From: an uncultured Bacilli bacterium
Lineage (GTDB): Bacteria > Bacillota_I > Bacilli_A > RF39 > UBA660
Length of the DNA stretch: 64,000 nt
Assembly: GCA_934099115.1 (NCBI GenBank)
Contig: CAKOPK010000004.1
Span: forward strand, 13,752-77,751
Direction: 5' to 3'
Below, in pieces: positions 16,972 to 27,460 of the stretch; position 1 is the stretch's first letter; every line of letters begins with the position of its first letter. The notes below the pieces were generated by a model, which had not been told where the DNA came from, did no database searches, and saw only the letters and a list, made by a program, of their open reading frames with translations. A program made the position numbers and the translations under genes.

Positions 16972-18867
16972 TTAGAAGCCTCGGCCTCCCCCTCCTCCTC
17001 CTCCGAAGCCTCCTCCGGAAGAAAATCCTCCACCAAATCCTCCACCTGAAGATGATGAAGAATGACTATTATTATAATTAGCTGCTTGTCTAGAGTATGC
17101 ACTACTAAGTGCGCTATTAATACTAGAATTGATGGTTGGACTTAAATCAAAATAATAATAAACAGGATAGTTACTCGTTACATCTATTTCTTTAATATGA
17201 ACATTCATAGCTTTTTGTACTTTATCTGCTAAACCGAAAATAGTAGCATATACTAAATATCTTTCCCATAAAACTATTTCTGGTAATTCTTTAATATCAA
17301 AAGCACCAAAGTCATTTAAGAAATTTTTAAATGCTTTCCATTTATCATAATGTAGAGAGCCTTTCTCTGTTTTTTTATGTAATAAACAGGTATAAATTAA
17401 GAATATAACACCTAATAATGGAACAAAGTATGTTGGTAAGAAATCTGCTCCTACACCACAAGAATAAGCAAAAAGTAGGATAGCAAATATCATCATAATT
17501 ATGCCAAACATTATGGCTTTAAAAGAAGGTTCGTAAAAATTTTCTTTTTGGCCTTGTTCTAAAACACTATTTTTCCATTTTGTATAACTAGATAGAAAAG
17601 TATCACATGTCTTAGTACCACTAGCATAGGCCTTTAAATCAAGGGTTGTAAATTCTTTTTGTCCAGAAACATTTAGACTATTCTTTCCTACTTTATCAAA
17701 TAAAAATTCAATTAATATTTGTTCACTATTATTTGTATTATCACTATTTAATAGTGTAAAACGATAATTTTTTTTCTTTTTATTATCTGGTATTTCTTCT
17801 GCTTTTATATTCTTTTTATAAATTAAATTTAAGATAGATGCACTCATTGCATTTGGTGTAATCTTTAATTTCATTAAATAATCTATTACTTCAACATTAT
17901 AATCATCTATAAATTCTCTATTATATTTGCTATAATAGCCAGATTTAGGACTTTTACCATATCTTAAATAAACATAAATTCCTAAGCCAATTAGTAAGAT
18001 ATAAAATATAATTGTAGTGTATTTAACAATATTATATTTTCTTAAAAGTTCTGCTCTTAAAGCATTGGCAACATCCGCTCTTGTTGTTTCTACTTCAATA
18101 ATTTTATCAAGAGCTACTTCATTACTCCTTTTTATATTAGTTGTATCTGTTAAAATTTCTTTGTTAAAAGTAGTACGAATATCTACAGATTCTCCTGGTA
18201 TTACTTCATCTATAGATGTTTCTATATATCCATCTTCTAAAGATACATTACCAGATAAATTACCATGAGCCCAAGCTCTAAATAGATTACTATTATCTTT
18301 GTTAGGTAAATTTACTTTAATAGCAATATTTTTAATTTTATCTTCAAAACCACTTGGTACAAAAGTCCAATAAAGTTCTGCTACATCTTCATGCAATACT
18401 ACAGCATTTTTTACTATATAATGAATGTAAAATGCTACTTTTTGATTATTAGCAGGATAATACATTCTAATGCGATATCCTCCTGTTAAATTACTTAAAA
18501 CATATTTACTATCTTCACCATTTGATGCATTATAAACCTTAGTAAATGAACTAAAATCTGGTTCATTAAAAGTTGCATAAGAAACAGCATTTACATATTT
18601 TGCTTTAACTTCTATATTTGTTATATCACTAGCATTATATAGCGTATTATTAGCAAAATCATCTCCTGATAAATTACTATTTTCATATAATATATCTCTT
18701 TCATAGCCATTAAAATTACCATCTAATACTAGTAATTCATTAACTTCTAAATCACCATTTTCTAAAATATTAGAATTTACTATGAAGTTTGTAATATCAT
18801 AAGAAGTAGCAGAACTTATCATAGGAAATATTAAAAATAATAATATACTTAAAAATATTTTTTTCAT
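16972..18867 (-). CDS. DUF2207-family membrane protein
   Basis: Signal peptide, large extracellular domain, internal TM helices and a Gly-rich tail (SSGGGFGGGFSSGGGFGGGGGGGRGF). It is paired with a LemA gene, as is typical. Confidence 0.7.
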   Translation of the reverse strand: MKKIFLSILLFLIFPMISSATSYDITNFIVNSNILENGDLEVNELLVLDGNFNGYERDILYENSNLSGDDFANNTLYNASDITNIEVKAKYVNAVSYATFNEPDFSSFTKVYNASNGEDSKYVLSNLTGGYRIRMYYPANNQKVAFYIHYIVKNAVVLHEDVAELYWTFVPSGFEDKIKNIAIKVNLPNKDNSNLFRAWAHGNLSGNVSLEDGYIETSIDEVIPGESVDIRTTFNKEILTDTTNIKRSNEVALDKIIEVETTRADVANALRAELLRKYNIVKYTTIIFYILLIGLGIYVYLRYGKSPKSGYYSKYNREFIDDYNVEVIDYLMKLKITPNAMSASILNLIYKKNIKAEEIPDNKKKKNYRFTLLNSDNTNNSEQILIEFLFDKVGKNSLNVSGQKEFTTLDLKAYASGTKTCDTFLSSYTKWKNSVLEQGQKENFYEPSFKAIMFGIIMMIFAILLFAYSCGVGADFLPTYFVPLLGVIFLIYTCLLHKKTEKGSLHYDKWKAFKNFLNDFGAFDIKELPEIVLWERYLVYATIFGLADKVQKAMNVHIKEIDVTSNYPVYYYFDLSPTINSSINSALSSAYSRQAANYNNSHSSSSSGGGFGGGFSSGGGFGGGGGGGRGF

Positions 18868-18902
18868 ATAAACCTCTCTAAAAAAGGCTTACAATCGTAA
18901 GC

Positions 18903-19457
18903 CTAAAATTTTACTTGAACATTTTCTTTTTCAGTTTCAGATGCTGTAAAGAAAGATTCTTTTTTAAAATTGCATAAGCTTGCTACAATATTTGATGGTA
19001 TCATCTCTACTTTATTATTATATTGCATAACAATATCATTATAAAATTGTCTAGACATTGCAATTTTATTTTCTGTTTCATTAAGTTGTTCTTGTAAACT
19101 TGTGAAATTTTGATTTGCTTTTAAATCAGGATATGATTCTGTTAAAGCAAATAATTTATTAATAGCTTGAGTTAATTCACCATCTGCTTTCATTTGGTCT
19201 TCTGGTAAGGAAGCAGTCATATAACTATTACGAGCCTTAATAACATTTTCTAAAGTCTCACTTTCATGTTTAGTATAACCTTTAACAGTTTCTACTAAAT
19301 TTGGGATTAAATCAAATCTTCTTTTTAATTGAACATCAATTTGACTCCAAGCATCTTTTACACGGTTACGTAGTGATACTAAACTATTTCTAGTAGCTAT
19401 AAACCATAGAATAAGAACTACTACAATAACGATTAAAATAATAAGCCATCTTGGCAT
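18903..19457 (-). CDS. lemA: LemA family protein
   Basis: N-terminal TM plus the conserved LemA core ([39 protein letters not shown]). Confidence 0.85.
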   Translation of the reverse strand: MPRWLIILIVIVVVLILWFIATRNSLVSLRNRVKDAWSQIDVQLKRRFDLIPNLVETVKGYTKHESETLENVIKARNSYMTASLPEDQMKADGELTQAINKLFALTESYPDLKANQNFTSLQEQLNETENKIAMSRQFYNDIVMQYNNKVEMIPSNIVASLCNFKKESFFTASETEKENVQVKF

Positions 19458-19520
19458 TTTCCATTCCTCCTCTTAATTTCATTTTAGCATATAACCCTTA
19501 AGAAAACTAGTATTTTTTTA

Positions 19521-22500
19521 CTAATTTACAACTTCCTTTGGTGTTAATTCTAAAACTTCATTATCTAATATAGAGTATAGATATAATCTTACAGATTTAT
19601 TACTAACTTTTTTGATATATCTTCTATAGACATCTAATTGTTTTTGATATGCTTTATCTTTTATATTCTTTAATTTATAGTCTATAATTTTAATTTCATC
19701 AGGATATTCTAACATTAAATCAATTATACCATGATATTCTGTTTCTTCTTCCCGAAATATAAACTCTAATTCTTGATATATTTTTGCCTCTTGAAAATTA
19801 AATTGCTTTATTAAATTATTTATATAAATATTACTTGCATCAGGTTTTTTAAAATCTGTTAGTTCTAGCTTTTCGTGTAAATTAGTACCAAATTCTAAGG
19901 TTTTTTCTTCTTCATAGCTTAGAATATTTTCAATAGTTTTGGAAGCATGTTTATTTTCAATAATTTTGAAATCATGTTTATTTTCTCGTAATATTATTTT
20001 TTCATCGGTTGTTGCAAAACTTTTTTCGACTTTTTTAGTTAATTCATAATCTTTTGTAATATCAATTTCTGCACTCGATATGTATTGCATATAATTTTTT
20101 AAATTAAGAGATATTGTATTTATAAAATCATAAAAGGAACGGAATTTTATTCCCTCTAAATAAGTAATACTTTTTTTTATTTGATGTTCACTCTTAAAGT
20201 TGGGTATTACCATAATCATTTTTTCTTTTGCTCTGGTTAAAGCTACATAGAATAGACGTACTTTTTCGCTAATTTCTTCCTCATAATAATTCTTTTTTAT
20301 TAAAGTTTTGATAAATGTAGATGCTACTCCATCTTGATAAAATGGTGTCATAATTCCATAATGATTATCGAATAAAAAACGATTTTGTAAGTCTCTTAAA
20401 TTAAATTTCTTCTTAAAGCCTGCAAAATAACATACTGGAAATTCTAATCCCTTAGATTTATGAATATTCATGATTTTAACACAATTTCCTTCACTTTTAG
20501 CTTCTTTATAACGAATTTCACTTTCATTTTCAGTCATTTCTTCTAAATAGGTCTTTAAATCACGAATTGTGAAACCTAGGCTTTCCATATTTAGAGATAA
20601 ATCTAAGAGATGACTAATTCTTACTTTAGCAGCTTCTATATTTCCTACTAGAATTAGATTCTCATAAAATGCGAATTCATTAATAATTTCTTGTAATAGA
20701 GAGTTTGGAGTTTTTAATTCTAAGGATTTTGCCAACTTTTCACATTTTTTATAAATAGTTGTACTAAATAGATTATGCTCTTTTAAAACATCATAAATTT
20801 CTGAATCTTGCATTGACCCCACATAACTTCTAGCAATACTTGTAAAATAATAATTTGTTTCTTTACCATAATTTTTATCATATATAGCAAGTATTAAACT
20901 AATTATATTTTTGATGATATATATGTCATTTTCATTTATTAAATTACTATCTTTATATAATTCTAAAGGAATATGAAAATATTCAAATATTTTTTTATAA
21001 AGATTCATTGCACTTCCTCTATCTAGGATAATACAAAAATCATTAAATTTGGCTTCTCTATTAGAATTTAAATCAAAATCAAATACTTCATAATGGTTAT
21101 TTATTTTATTTAATATATCTTTTGCTATAATAAAAGCTTCGTATTCATCACAACTATATTCTTTGTCAGTATCATCATATTTTAAAATTTCTAAATCATG
21201 ATTTTCTTTGTTAGCTCCCTCTTTTTCATAAGTATGATTTCCATAGACCATAGCATGATTATTTTGATAATTTACACTTCCAATACTTTCTGTCATGATA
21301 TAGTTAAATATTTCATTTATATTAAATAATACTTCTTCTCGAGAACGAAAGTTTTTTAATAAATCTATTTTTTCACCATCTAAATGATTGCTGTAATTAT
21401 CATATTTGTCTTTAAAAATATTGGGGTTGGCATTTCGAAAACGATAAATTGATTGTTTAATATCTCCTACCATATAAACATTATTATTTGCTATTGCTTT
21501 AATAAATATTTCTTGTAAATCACTAGTATCTTGATATTCATCTATCATTATTTCATTAAAATAATATTTTAATTCGTCTCTAACACTATCGAATGTATAA
21601 ACAATCTTAATAGCCATTTTAGCAATATCTACAAATTCAAATGCTCCATTCTTATATTTATATAAATCTAATTTTTCTTCTAATTCCTTAATAATATCAA
21701 TAATTATAGATACATAATCTTTCGTACTTTCTAATTGTTTTTTTAGTTCTTCTTCACTATAATATGTTAATTCTATTATTTCTGTAAATGTATTTTTAAT
21801 ATTTTCTTTTAATGATACTCCCTCTTCATCTAAATTACGGAAAGCTGGTAGTTTTAAATTATTATTACTATGTAAATCATTATATTCATTTGGTTTAAAT
21901 AATTTATTTACTGCTTCATATAATTTTAAATAATCTTTTTCTTCCATGAAAGATTCTATTGCATAAATATCTTCTTCTAGGATTTCGGCTAAATTTTTTA
22001 AATAATTAAAATATTCTATAAATAATTTATTAATATTTTCAGAATTATAAAAATTAGGTATATATTTTTCTAAGTATTCTTCTTTATCATATTTTAAATT
22101 TAAAGAATCATTAATACTTAATATTGATGCCATAATACTGGAATCATCACGGTTTGTAAAATCTCCGATTAATTTTAAAAATCTTTTATCTTTATTTTCA
22201 TAATATGTCTTAAATATATCTTCTAAAATTTTCTTTTTCTCTAATAAAATAATTGAAGAATCAATAATTTTAATTTGTTTAGGGAGACCTAATAAATAAT
22301 GATATTTTTTTACTATGCTTAAAGCATAGGCATCAAATGTAGTAATATAAGCCGAATTAATATATTCTAGTTGGTCTTTTAGACCTGCTTTTTTTATTTT
22401 TTTACGAATACGCATAGCCATTTCTCCTGCTGCTTCATTGGTAAATGTTAGCATTAAAATCTTTCGAATGTCTACTCCTTCTTTTAGTTTCCTTAAAACA

Positions 22501-22613
22501 CGTTCTGATAGTACGGCTGTTTTTCCACTTCCTGCTCCTGCTGAAACTATAATATTACTGCCTTCTTGATTAATTGCTAATGCTTGTTCTTCCGTCCAAT
22601 TCATCTTTTTCAC
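19521..22613 (-). CDS. addA: ATP-dependent helicase/nuclease subunit A (UvrD-like helicase plus PD-(D/E)XK nuclease)
   Basis: AGAGSGKT Walker A, DEYQDT motif II and a C-terminal GIIDLM...IIDYK nuclease motif. Confidence 0.8.
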   Translation of the reverse strand: MKKMNWTEEQALAINQEGSNIIVSAGAGSGKTAVLSERVLRKLKEGVDIRKILMLTFTNEAAGEMAMRIRKKIKKAGLKDQLEYINSAYITTFDAYALSIVKKYHYLLGLPKQIKIIDSSIILLEKKKILEDIFKTYYENKDKRFLKLIGDFTNRDDSSIMASILSINDSLNLKYDKEEYLEKYIPNFYNSENINKLFIEYFNYLKNLAEILEEDIYAIESFMEEKDYLKLYEAVNKLFKPNEYNDLHSNNNLKLPAFRNLDEEGVSLKENIKNTFTEIIELTYYSEEELKKQLESTKDYVSIIIDIIKELEEKLDLYKYKNGAFEFVDIAKMAIKIVYTFDSVRDELKYYFNEIMIDEYQDTSDLQEIFIKAIANNNVYMVGDIKQSIYRFRNANPNIFKDKYDNYSNHLDGEKIDLLKNFRSREEVLFNINEIFNYIMTESIGSVNYQNNHAMVYGNHTYEKEGANKENHDLEILKYDDTDKEYSCDEYEAFIIAKDILNKINNHYEVFDFDLNSNREAKFNDFCIILDRGSAMNLYKKIFEYFHIPLELYKDSNLINENDIYIIKNIISLILAIYDKNYGKETNYYFTSIARSYVGSMQDSEIYDVLKEHNLFSTTIYKKCEKLAKSLELKTPNSLLQEIINEFAFYENLILVGNIEAAKVRISHLLDLSLNMESLGFTIRDLKTYLEEMTENESEIRYKEAKSEGNCVKIMNIHKSKGLEFPVCYFAGFKKKFNLRDLQNRFLFDNHYGIMTPFYQDGVASTFIKTLIKKNYYEEEISEKVRLFYVALTRAKEKMIMVIPNFKSEHQIKKSITYLEGIKFRSFYDFINTISLNLKNYMQYISSAEIDITKDYELTKKVEKSFATTDEKIILRENKHDFKIIENKHASKTIENILSYEEEKTLEFGTNLHEKLELTDFKKPDASNIYINNLIKQFNFQEAKIYQELEFIFREEETEYHGIIDLMLEYPDEIKIIDYKLKNIKDKAYQKQLDVYRRYIKKVSNKSVRLYLYSILDNEVLELTPKEVVN

Positions 22614-24915
22614 CTCCTAATATAACTTCATCATTTTTAGTATGATAACATATATCTTTAAATTTACAGTAAGTACATGATACATTTTTTCCTTTTACTA
22701 CTTTAGGATTTATCACAAATTCACCATTCATAATACTCGCTAAACCTTCTTCTATTTTATTATCTACTACACTTATTAAATCTTCCATTTCTTCTTGAGA
22801 TAATACTTTAGCACCACTGTATAAGCTTCCATCTTTCTTAAAACGTAATCCTTTAATCATTTTACTATCTAAATAATTTTCATCTAATAATTCTAATATT
22901 TTTTCATCACTATTAGAAAAGCCTTGTAATCTTAAATTTTCTTTTTTTACCTCTTCGATGCTTTTTTTGTGATTAATAGGCATTACTCCACTTAGTACTT
23001 TTTCTAGATAAAATCCTGCGATTATAGAATCTTTAAAACGTTCCGATTTCTTTAATAAGTATAAGTATATAGGCAATTGAAGATTTAGGCCATATTCTAA
23101 AGTATCTAAAGATATACTTTTATTACCAGTTTTATAGTCTACGACTGCTAGAACTTCTTTTCCATTATAAGTTGTATACATAACTTTATCTATAAACCCT
23201 TTAAATGTGATATTTATATCATTATAATCTTTGTATACATATAATTCATTTTCAAATAAATATTCTTTTAATTTACTTTCATTTTCTTTTTCTTTTAAAT
23301 ATTTTAAAACAAATTCTAATTCTTTGGCTAGCAATTCTAAATAAAATAACTCTTTACTAGTTAGTTCATAATCATTATCTTTAACAAATTTAATAATCTC
23401 TGTTTCGATAGATATTTCTTTTGTTATTCCTAATTCTAATATATGATGGGTAATTGAACCTACAATACTTTTAAAACTATTAGAATAAATATTTAATCCT
23501 AAAATATTACTTAAATAATAATGAAAACTACATTCATAAAACATTTCTAGACTGGTATAAGAAAGAGATAATCCTTCTTTTAATTGTTCTTGAAGTTTTA
23601 ATTTATTAATACCTTTAAATGTATTATTATATTTTTTATAGGGAATATCTAAATTGTTATGCAGTAGTATTAAAGAATCATTCACAGTATTAAACTTATA
23701 TAAATCATCTAAATCTTTTGCATATTTTAATTCACTATTTAGTTTAGAATATATTACATGATAATCTAGTTTTATCTTTTCTATATTAATATCTAATAAA
23801 TCTAATAGAAATGATGGATAATTTGCTCCATTTTCACCATATAGTTTATATGTAATTGTTAAATGGTTGATGTTTTTAATGCTTTCTATTATCTTGTTAT
23901 TTGCTAATATATTTTTTTCTACTGAAGTATCTATTTGTAGTTTTGCTTTTATTTCATCTTTTAAATAATCATCATCTTTTATAATCTTAGGAATAGAATT
24001 AATATTAAATCCTAATAAAAAAACATAATCATTATCATTAAAACAATCATATAAATCACAGACTTCTATTGATTTTTCATATCTTATACTCTTTACTTTA
24101 GCTTTTTTTAAATCATCTATAATAAAAGATTTACGAATTTTTTTATCTCTTACTAAAACAGAGCGATTAATAATTGTTATTAGATCACCTATATCTTGAT
24201 ATTTTTCTTTTAATTTTTCAATATTATCTTTAATAGATAGTTCATCATAAGAATTTAAAAATTCTTTAGCTATTAAAGTACTATAAAAAGAGTTTTCACT
24301 TTCTATGGCAAGTGGTATTTTATATAAAGAAAAATAATATTTTAGAGTTTTAGAATATTCATTTCCAGCGATAATTTTGATATTATCAATGTTTATATTT
24401 TGATATAATAATTCACTAATTTCATTTACTACATATTCTACTTCTTCGGAAATGTTTTTGGCTTCTAATACCCTGGGAATAAAAGATTTATGTTCATATT
24501 TTAATTCATATGGAATACCCTCTAATATCTTTTGTTCTTCTAAGCTTAAAAAAGAACTACCATATACAATAACTTTTTGCTTTTTAATGTAGGTGATAAA
24601 ATTAGAAGTTATTTTTAATAATTTATTTTCTTCTAACTCTCTTTTTAATTTATTTAAAAATTGTACTTTCTCTTCGTCTAGATCTTTTAAATAATACATG
24701 TTTTTTATGTATATTTTAGCTAGTTCTAAAGGCACTTGATAATTAATCATGATATATTCTAAAGTCTTATTATCATAGTCAAATATTAGTTTTCTTTTTA
24801 GTTCATCAAAATTAAAAAATTTTATTCTTATTAGACGATGGTCTTCGCTTAATTTTCTTAATATTGCTTTTTTATTACTATCACTACAAATAATAATTAT
24901 ATTTTCATTCTTCAT
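22570..24915 (-). CDS. addB: Helicase/nuclease subunit B (AddB/RexB-like, compact)
   Basis: It overlaps addA. VVDYKTG nuclease motif and a terminal Cys cluster CTYCKFKDIC. No N-terminal Walker A is visible. Confidence 0.6.
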   Translation of the reverse strand: MKNENIIIICSDSNKKAILRKLSEDHRLIRIKFFNFDELKRKLIFDYDNKTLEYIMINYQVPLELAKIYIKNMYYLKDLDEEKVQFLNKLKRELEENKLLKITSNFITYIKKQKVIVYGSSFLSLEEQKILEGIPYELKYEHKSFIPRVLEAKNISEEVEYVVNEISELLYQNINIDNIKIIAGNEYSKTLKYYFSLYKIPLAIESENSFYSTLIAKEFLNSYDELSIKDNIEKLKEKYQDIGDLITIINRSVLVRDKKIRKSFIIDDLKKAKVKSIRYEKSIEVCDLYDCFNDNDYVFLLGFNINSIPKIIKDDDYLKDEIKAKLQIDTSVEKNILANNKIIESIKNINHLTITYKLYGENGANYPSFLLDLLDINIEKIKLDYHVIYSKLNSELKYAKDLDDLYKFNTVNDSLILLHNNLDIPYKKYNNTFKGINKLKLQEQLKEGLSLSYTSLEMFYECSFHYYLSNILGLNIYSNSFKSIVGSITHHILELGITKEISIETEIIKFVKDNDYELTSKELFYLELLAKELEFVLKYLKEKENESKLKEYLFENELYVYKDYNDINITFKGFIDKVMYTTYNGKEVLAVVDYKTGNKSISLDTLEYGLNLQLPIYLYLLKKSERFKDSIIAGFYLEKVLSGVMPINHKKSIEEVKKENLRLQGFSNSDEKILELLDENYLDSKMIKGLRFKKDGSLYSGAKVLSQEEMEDLISVVDNKIEEGLASIMNGEFVINPKVVKGKNVSCTYCKFKDICYHTKNDEVILGGEKDELDGRTSISN

Positions 24916-25054
24916 AATATTTTTATCCTTTTCCTATAACCTATTTTACCATAAATATTGCTTTTAGAAAATAATCACTTTTTACCATTTACTATTTTTA
25001 TTTATACAAAAAATAGAACAAACTGGACTAAAATTGCCAGTCTATTTGTCAATT

Positions 25055-25095
25055 TAAAAGAAAAAGAAAACAAATCCAGATTATTTCTAGATTTG
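25055..25095 (-). terminator. Terminator of tRNA-Asn
   Basis: Minus-strand hairpin CAAATCTAGAAATAATCTGGATTTG followed by TTTTCTTTTTCTTTT. Confidence 0.7.
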
Positions 25096-25107
25096 TTAAT
25101 ATTCAAA

Positions 25108-25183
25108 TGGCGCCTGTTGTAGGACTCGAACCTACGACCTAACGGTTAACAGCCGTGCGCTCTACCGACTGAGCTAAACAGGC
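25108..25183 (-). tRNA. tRNA-Asn (anticodon GTT)
   Basis: 76-nt cloverleaf. Acceptor GCCTGTT/AACAGGC, anticodon loop CTGTTAA, T-arm GTAGGTTCGAGTCCTAC and an encoded CCA. Confidence 0.95.
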
Positions 25184-25202
25184 AAATTCAAATTACTCTT
25201 TG

Positions 25203-25231
25203 ATTATAGTAAATATTATGCTATTTGTCAA
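25203..25231 (-). promoter_or_regulatory. Consensus sigma-A promoter of tRNA-Asn
   Basis: On the minus strand, TTGACA, a 17-nt spacer, then TATAAT, about 20 nt upstream of the tRNA 5' end. Confidence 0.75.
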
Positions 25232-25291
25232 TACTTTTATACTAAAAAAATAAAAAACCTCTCTATGAAGGTTCTTTATTTAATATATTAA

Positions 25292-25678
25292 TTATTTGGC
25301 TGTACAACCGTCTTCTGATAATGTACCTTTACATTGAGCTTTAGCAGCTGCTTCACACTTTCCTGGACTAGAAATACATGTAGAACATACTGAATATTCA
25401 GCTTTTAAATCATTGAAGCTGCCAACCATCTTAAAGATAGCTCCTACTAAAGTTGGTACAAAGAATATGAATACACCTGCTACAGCACGCATTGCAAGAC
25501 TCTTAATTGATTTTTTAATTTCGTCATCTTTACTTGCTACTACAGCTTTTCCTAAATCAATAATACCAAAAACAATAATTATGATAGGAATTACAATCTT
25601 AAAAACAGTTAAAACATATCCTAAAAGTTGCCAAATACTCCATAAATCAGTACAAGGAGCAGCATCCATTATTAACAT
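25292..25678 (-). CDS. Minimal VirB2-like two-helix hairpin protein with a Cys-rich tail (candidate filament subunit)
   Basis: 128 aa. IPIIIIVFGIIDLGKAVVASKDDEIKKSIKSLAMRAVAGVFIFFVPTLVGAIF is followed by a C-rich tail (CSTCISSPGKCEAAAKAQCKGTLSEDGC). GAGGAA RBS. It is the last gene of the Tad-like operon. Confidence 0.5.
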   Translation of the reverse strand: MLIMDAAPCTDLWSIWQLLGYVLTVFKIVIPIIIIVFGIIDLGKAVVASKDDEIKKSIKSLAMRAVAGVFIFFVPTLVGAIFKMVGSFNDLKAEYSVCSTCISSPGKCEAAAKAQCKGTLSEDGCTAK

Positions 25679-25759
25679 ATTTATTCCTCGCTTTCTCTAT
25701 ATCTTAATTTTAACTTAACAAAGCTTTCTTGTCAAGTTTTTCGCTATATTTCTGTAAAA

Positions 25760-26548
25760 TTATAGATTCATAATTAATAAAACTGCTAATACTAGTAATA
25801 TCATTACTCCAATACCTGTTGTAATTAACATACTCATGGTTTTACTTTCCATTTTATCTAGACGATTTTTATATTTTGTTTCTCTTGCTTTTTGTTGTAG
25901 ATTAGATATTGTTTTAGAAAACGCTAATAATTGCTCTTGTTTTCTCTCCTGTCTACCTAGACTTAAACGATATAAAAGTCGCATCATACGCATGGAATCA
26001 CGAACTGGGTATTGTTTTGCAAAATTCATATACGGTTCAATAGTATCATTACCAGCATTAATTTCATTTATTAATTCTTTTAAACCATCTTTAAATATTT
26101 CGGGAGCATCTTCTAAAGATTTACCCATTGCTACCGGTACTGTGTAGTGTTGGATTAGGATTTCTAATCCCTTTAAATAGTAAGGAAGCATTGTATCAAT
26201 TTCATGTAAGTGTTTTTTATAATAACTTTTTAATTTTAAATAATCTAGCTTAAAAAAGCCAAAACCTGCAAGTAAACAAACTAGAAAATAAACATAAGAC
26301 ATATTTTTTAGTAATAAGCAAAAGACAACTAATATAATTATTAGTGCACTTTGAATTCTTTTATTAAATAATATATCTGGATTGACGGAATCGCCAAATT
26401 TGGCTTTTACATAAAAGTCATAGTCACTTTCTTTTAATTTTCTTAAATATATTTCATTATCTGCGATTAATTTACTAATACTTATCTTACCACTTTTTGT
26501 CATAATATAGAATATAATAACCGCTACAATTGTTATTTCTATTTGCAT
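25760..26548 (-). CDS. TadC-like platform protein (T2SS-F-like topology)
   Basis: TM helices flank a helical cytoplasmic domain of about 130 aa. TAATG coupling to the upstream paralog, downstream of the CpaF-type ATPase. Confidence 0.5.
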   Translation of the reverse strand: MQIEITIVAVIIFYIMTKSGKISISKLIADNEIYLRKLKESDYDFYVKAKFGDSVNPDILFNKRIQSALIIILVVFCLLLKNMSYVYFLVCLLAGFGFFKLDYLKLKSYYKKHLHEIDTMLPYYLKGLEILIQHYTVPVAMGKSLEDAPEIFKDGLKELINEINAGNDTIEPYMNFAKQYPVRDSMRMMRLLYRLSLGRQERKQEQLLAFSKTISNLQQKARETKYKNRLDKMESKTMSMLITTGIGVMILLVLAVLLIMNL

Positions 26549-27444
26549 TATTCTACCCCCACATCATCATTATAATATTTCTCACCTGTTAATAAGAAAT
26601 AACAGTTAATAATAATAATTGCATGTAAAACAATGTGAACATACCAAATATTTAATAATGCTAGATAACTTTTTTTTCCTAATAATACCTGCATTACTAA
26701 TACTAGTAAGAATAATACTAAAGCAAAGGTAATAAACTTCGTATGGAATTGTTTACGATCCATTTGGTCTCTATAAACACCTTCTACTAAAGCATCAATA
26801 TCCATACTCATGTTTTCTAGAGCTTCTCCACTATCTTTGGCACCTTCTTTAGTTATTTGTAAAAATAATTGATGCATATTTTTAACCATATAATAAGGGT
26901 ATTTTTCGTTAAAGTATTCAATAGATTCATCAATAGTACCATTTTGATAAGACATATTAATCATTGTTTTAACATCTTCTAAAACTGGGTCTTCTAGAAT
27001 TCCAGAATCTCTTACTCCTTCTAGGGACTTAACGAAACTCTGAGTAGTATTAAATTCCATGATAACGTTAGTCGTATAAACTTGGATTTGTTCAAATATG
27101 TACTCACTATAAATTCTTTTGCTACGAAGCCAAGCAAGATAAGGAATGAAAGCAATAGCTATGCCTGTATAAATAATAACTACTATTAAATTATAAAAAT
27201 ATAAAAAGGCAATAGCAGCGGCAAGCCCTCCTATAATTGCTATTTGTAGAACATAATCTTTTACAGTATACTCCTGTTTTAGTTCTTTCATTTTTTTACT
27301 AATTGTTTGAAAACTATATGGTGCATACTTTTCATAAATAATTCCAAATCTTGATTTAAAGAAATTATAAAAAGTTTCACTACCATCATTTTGTCTATAT
27401 ATAATTACAAATATTGCAATAGAAAATAAAATAACTAATACCAT
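26548..27444 (-). CDS. TadB-like platform protein (T2SS-F-like topology)
   Basis: Same topology as its neighbour, immediately downstream of the ATPase. Confidence 0.5.
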   Translation of the reverse strand: MVLVILFSIAIFVIIYRQNDGSETFYNFFKSRFGIIYEKYAPYSFQTISKKMKELKQEYTVKDYVLQIAIIGGLAAAIAFLYFYNLIVVIIYTGIAIAFIPYLAWLRSKRIYSEYIFEQIQVYTTNVIMEFNTTQSFVKSLEGVRDSGILEDPVLEDVKTMINMSYQNGTIDESIEYFNEKYPYYMVKNMHQLFLQITKEGAKDSGEALENMSMDIDALVEGVYRDQMDRKQFHTKFITFALVLFLLVLVMQVLLGKKSYLALLNIWYVHIVLHAIIIINCYFLLTGEKYYNDDVGVE

Positions 27445-27460
27445 GTAAGTACCTCCCTTT

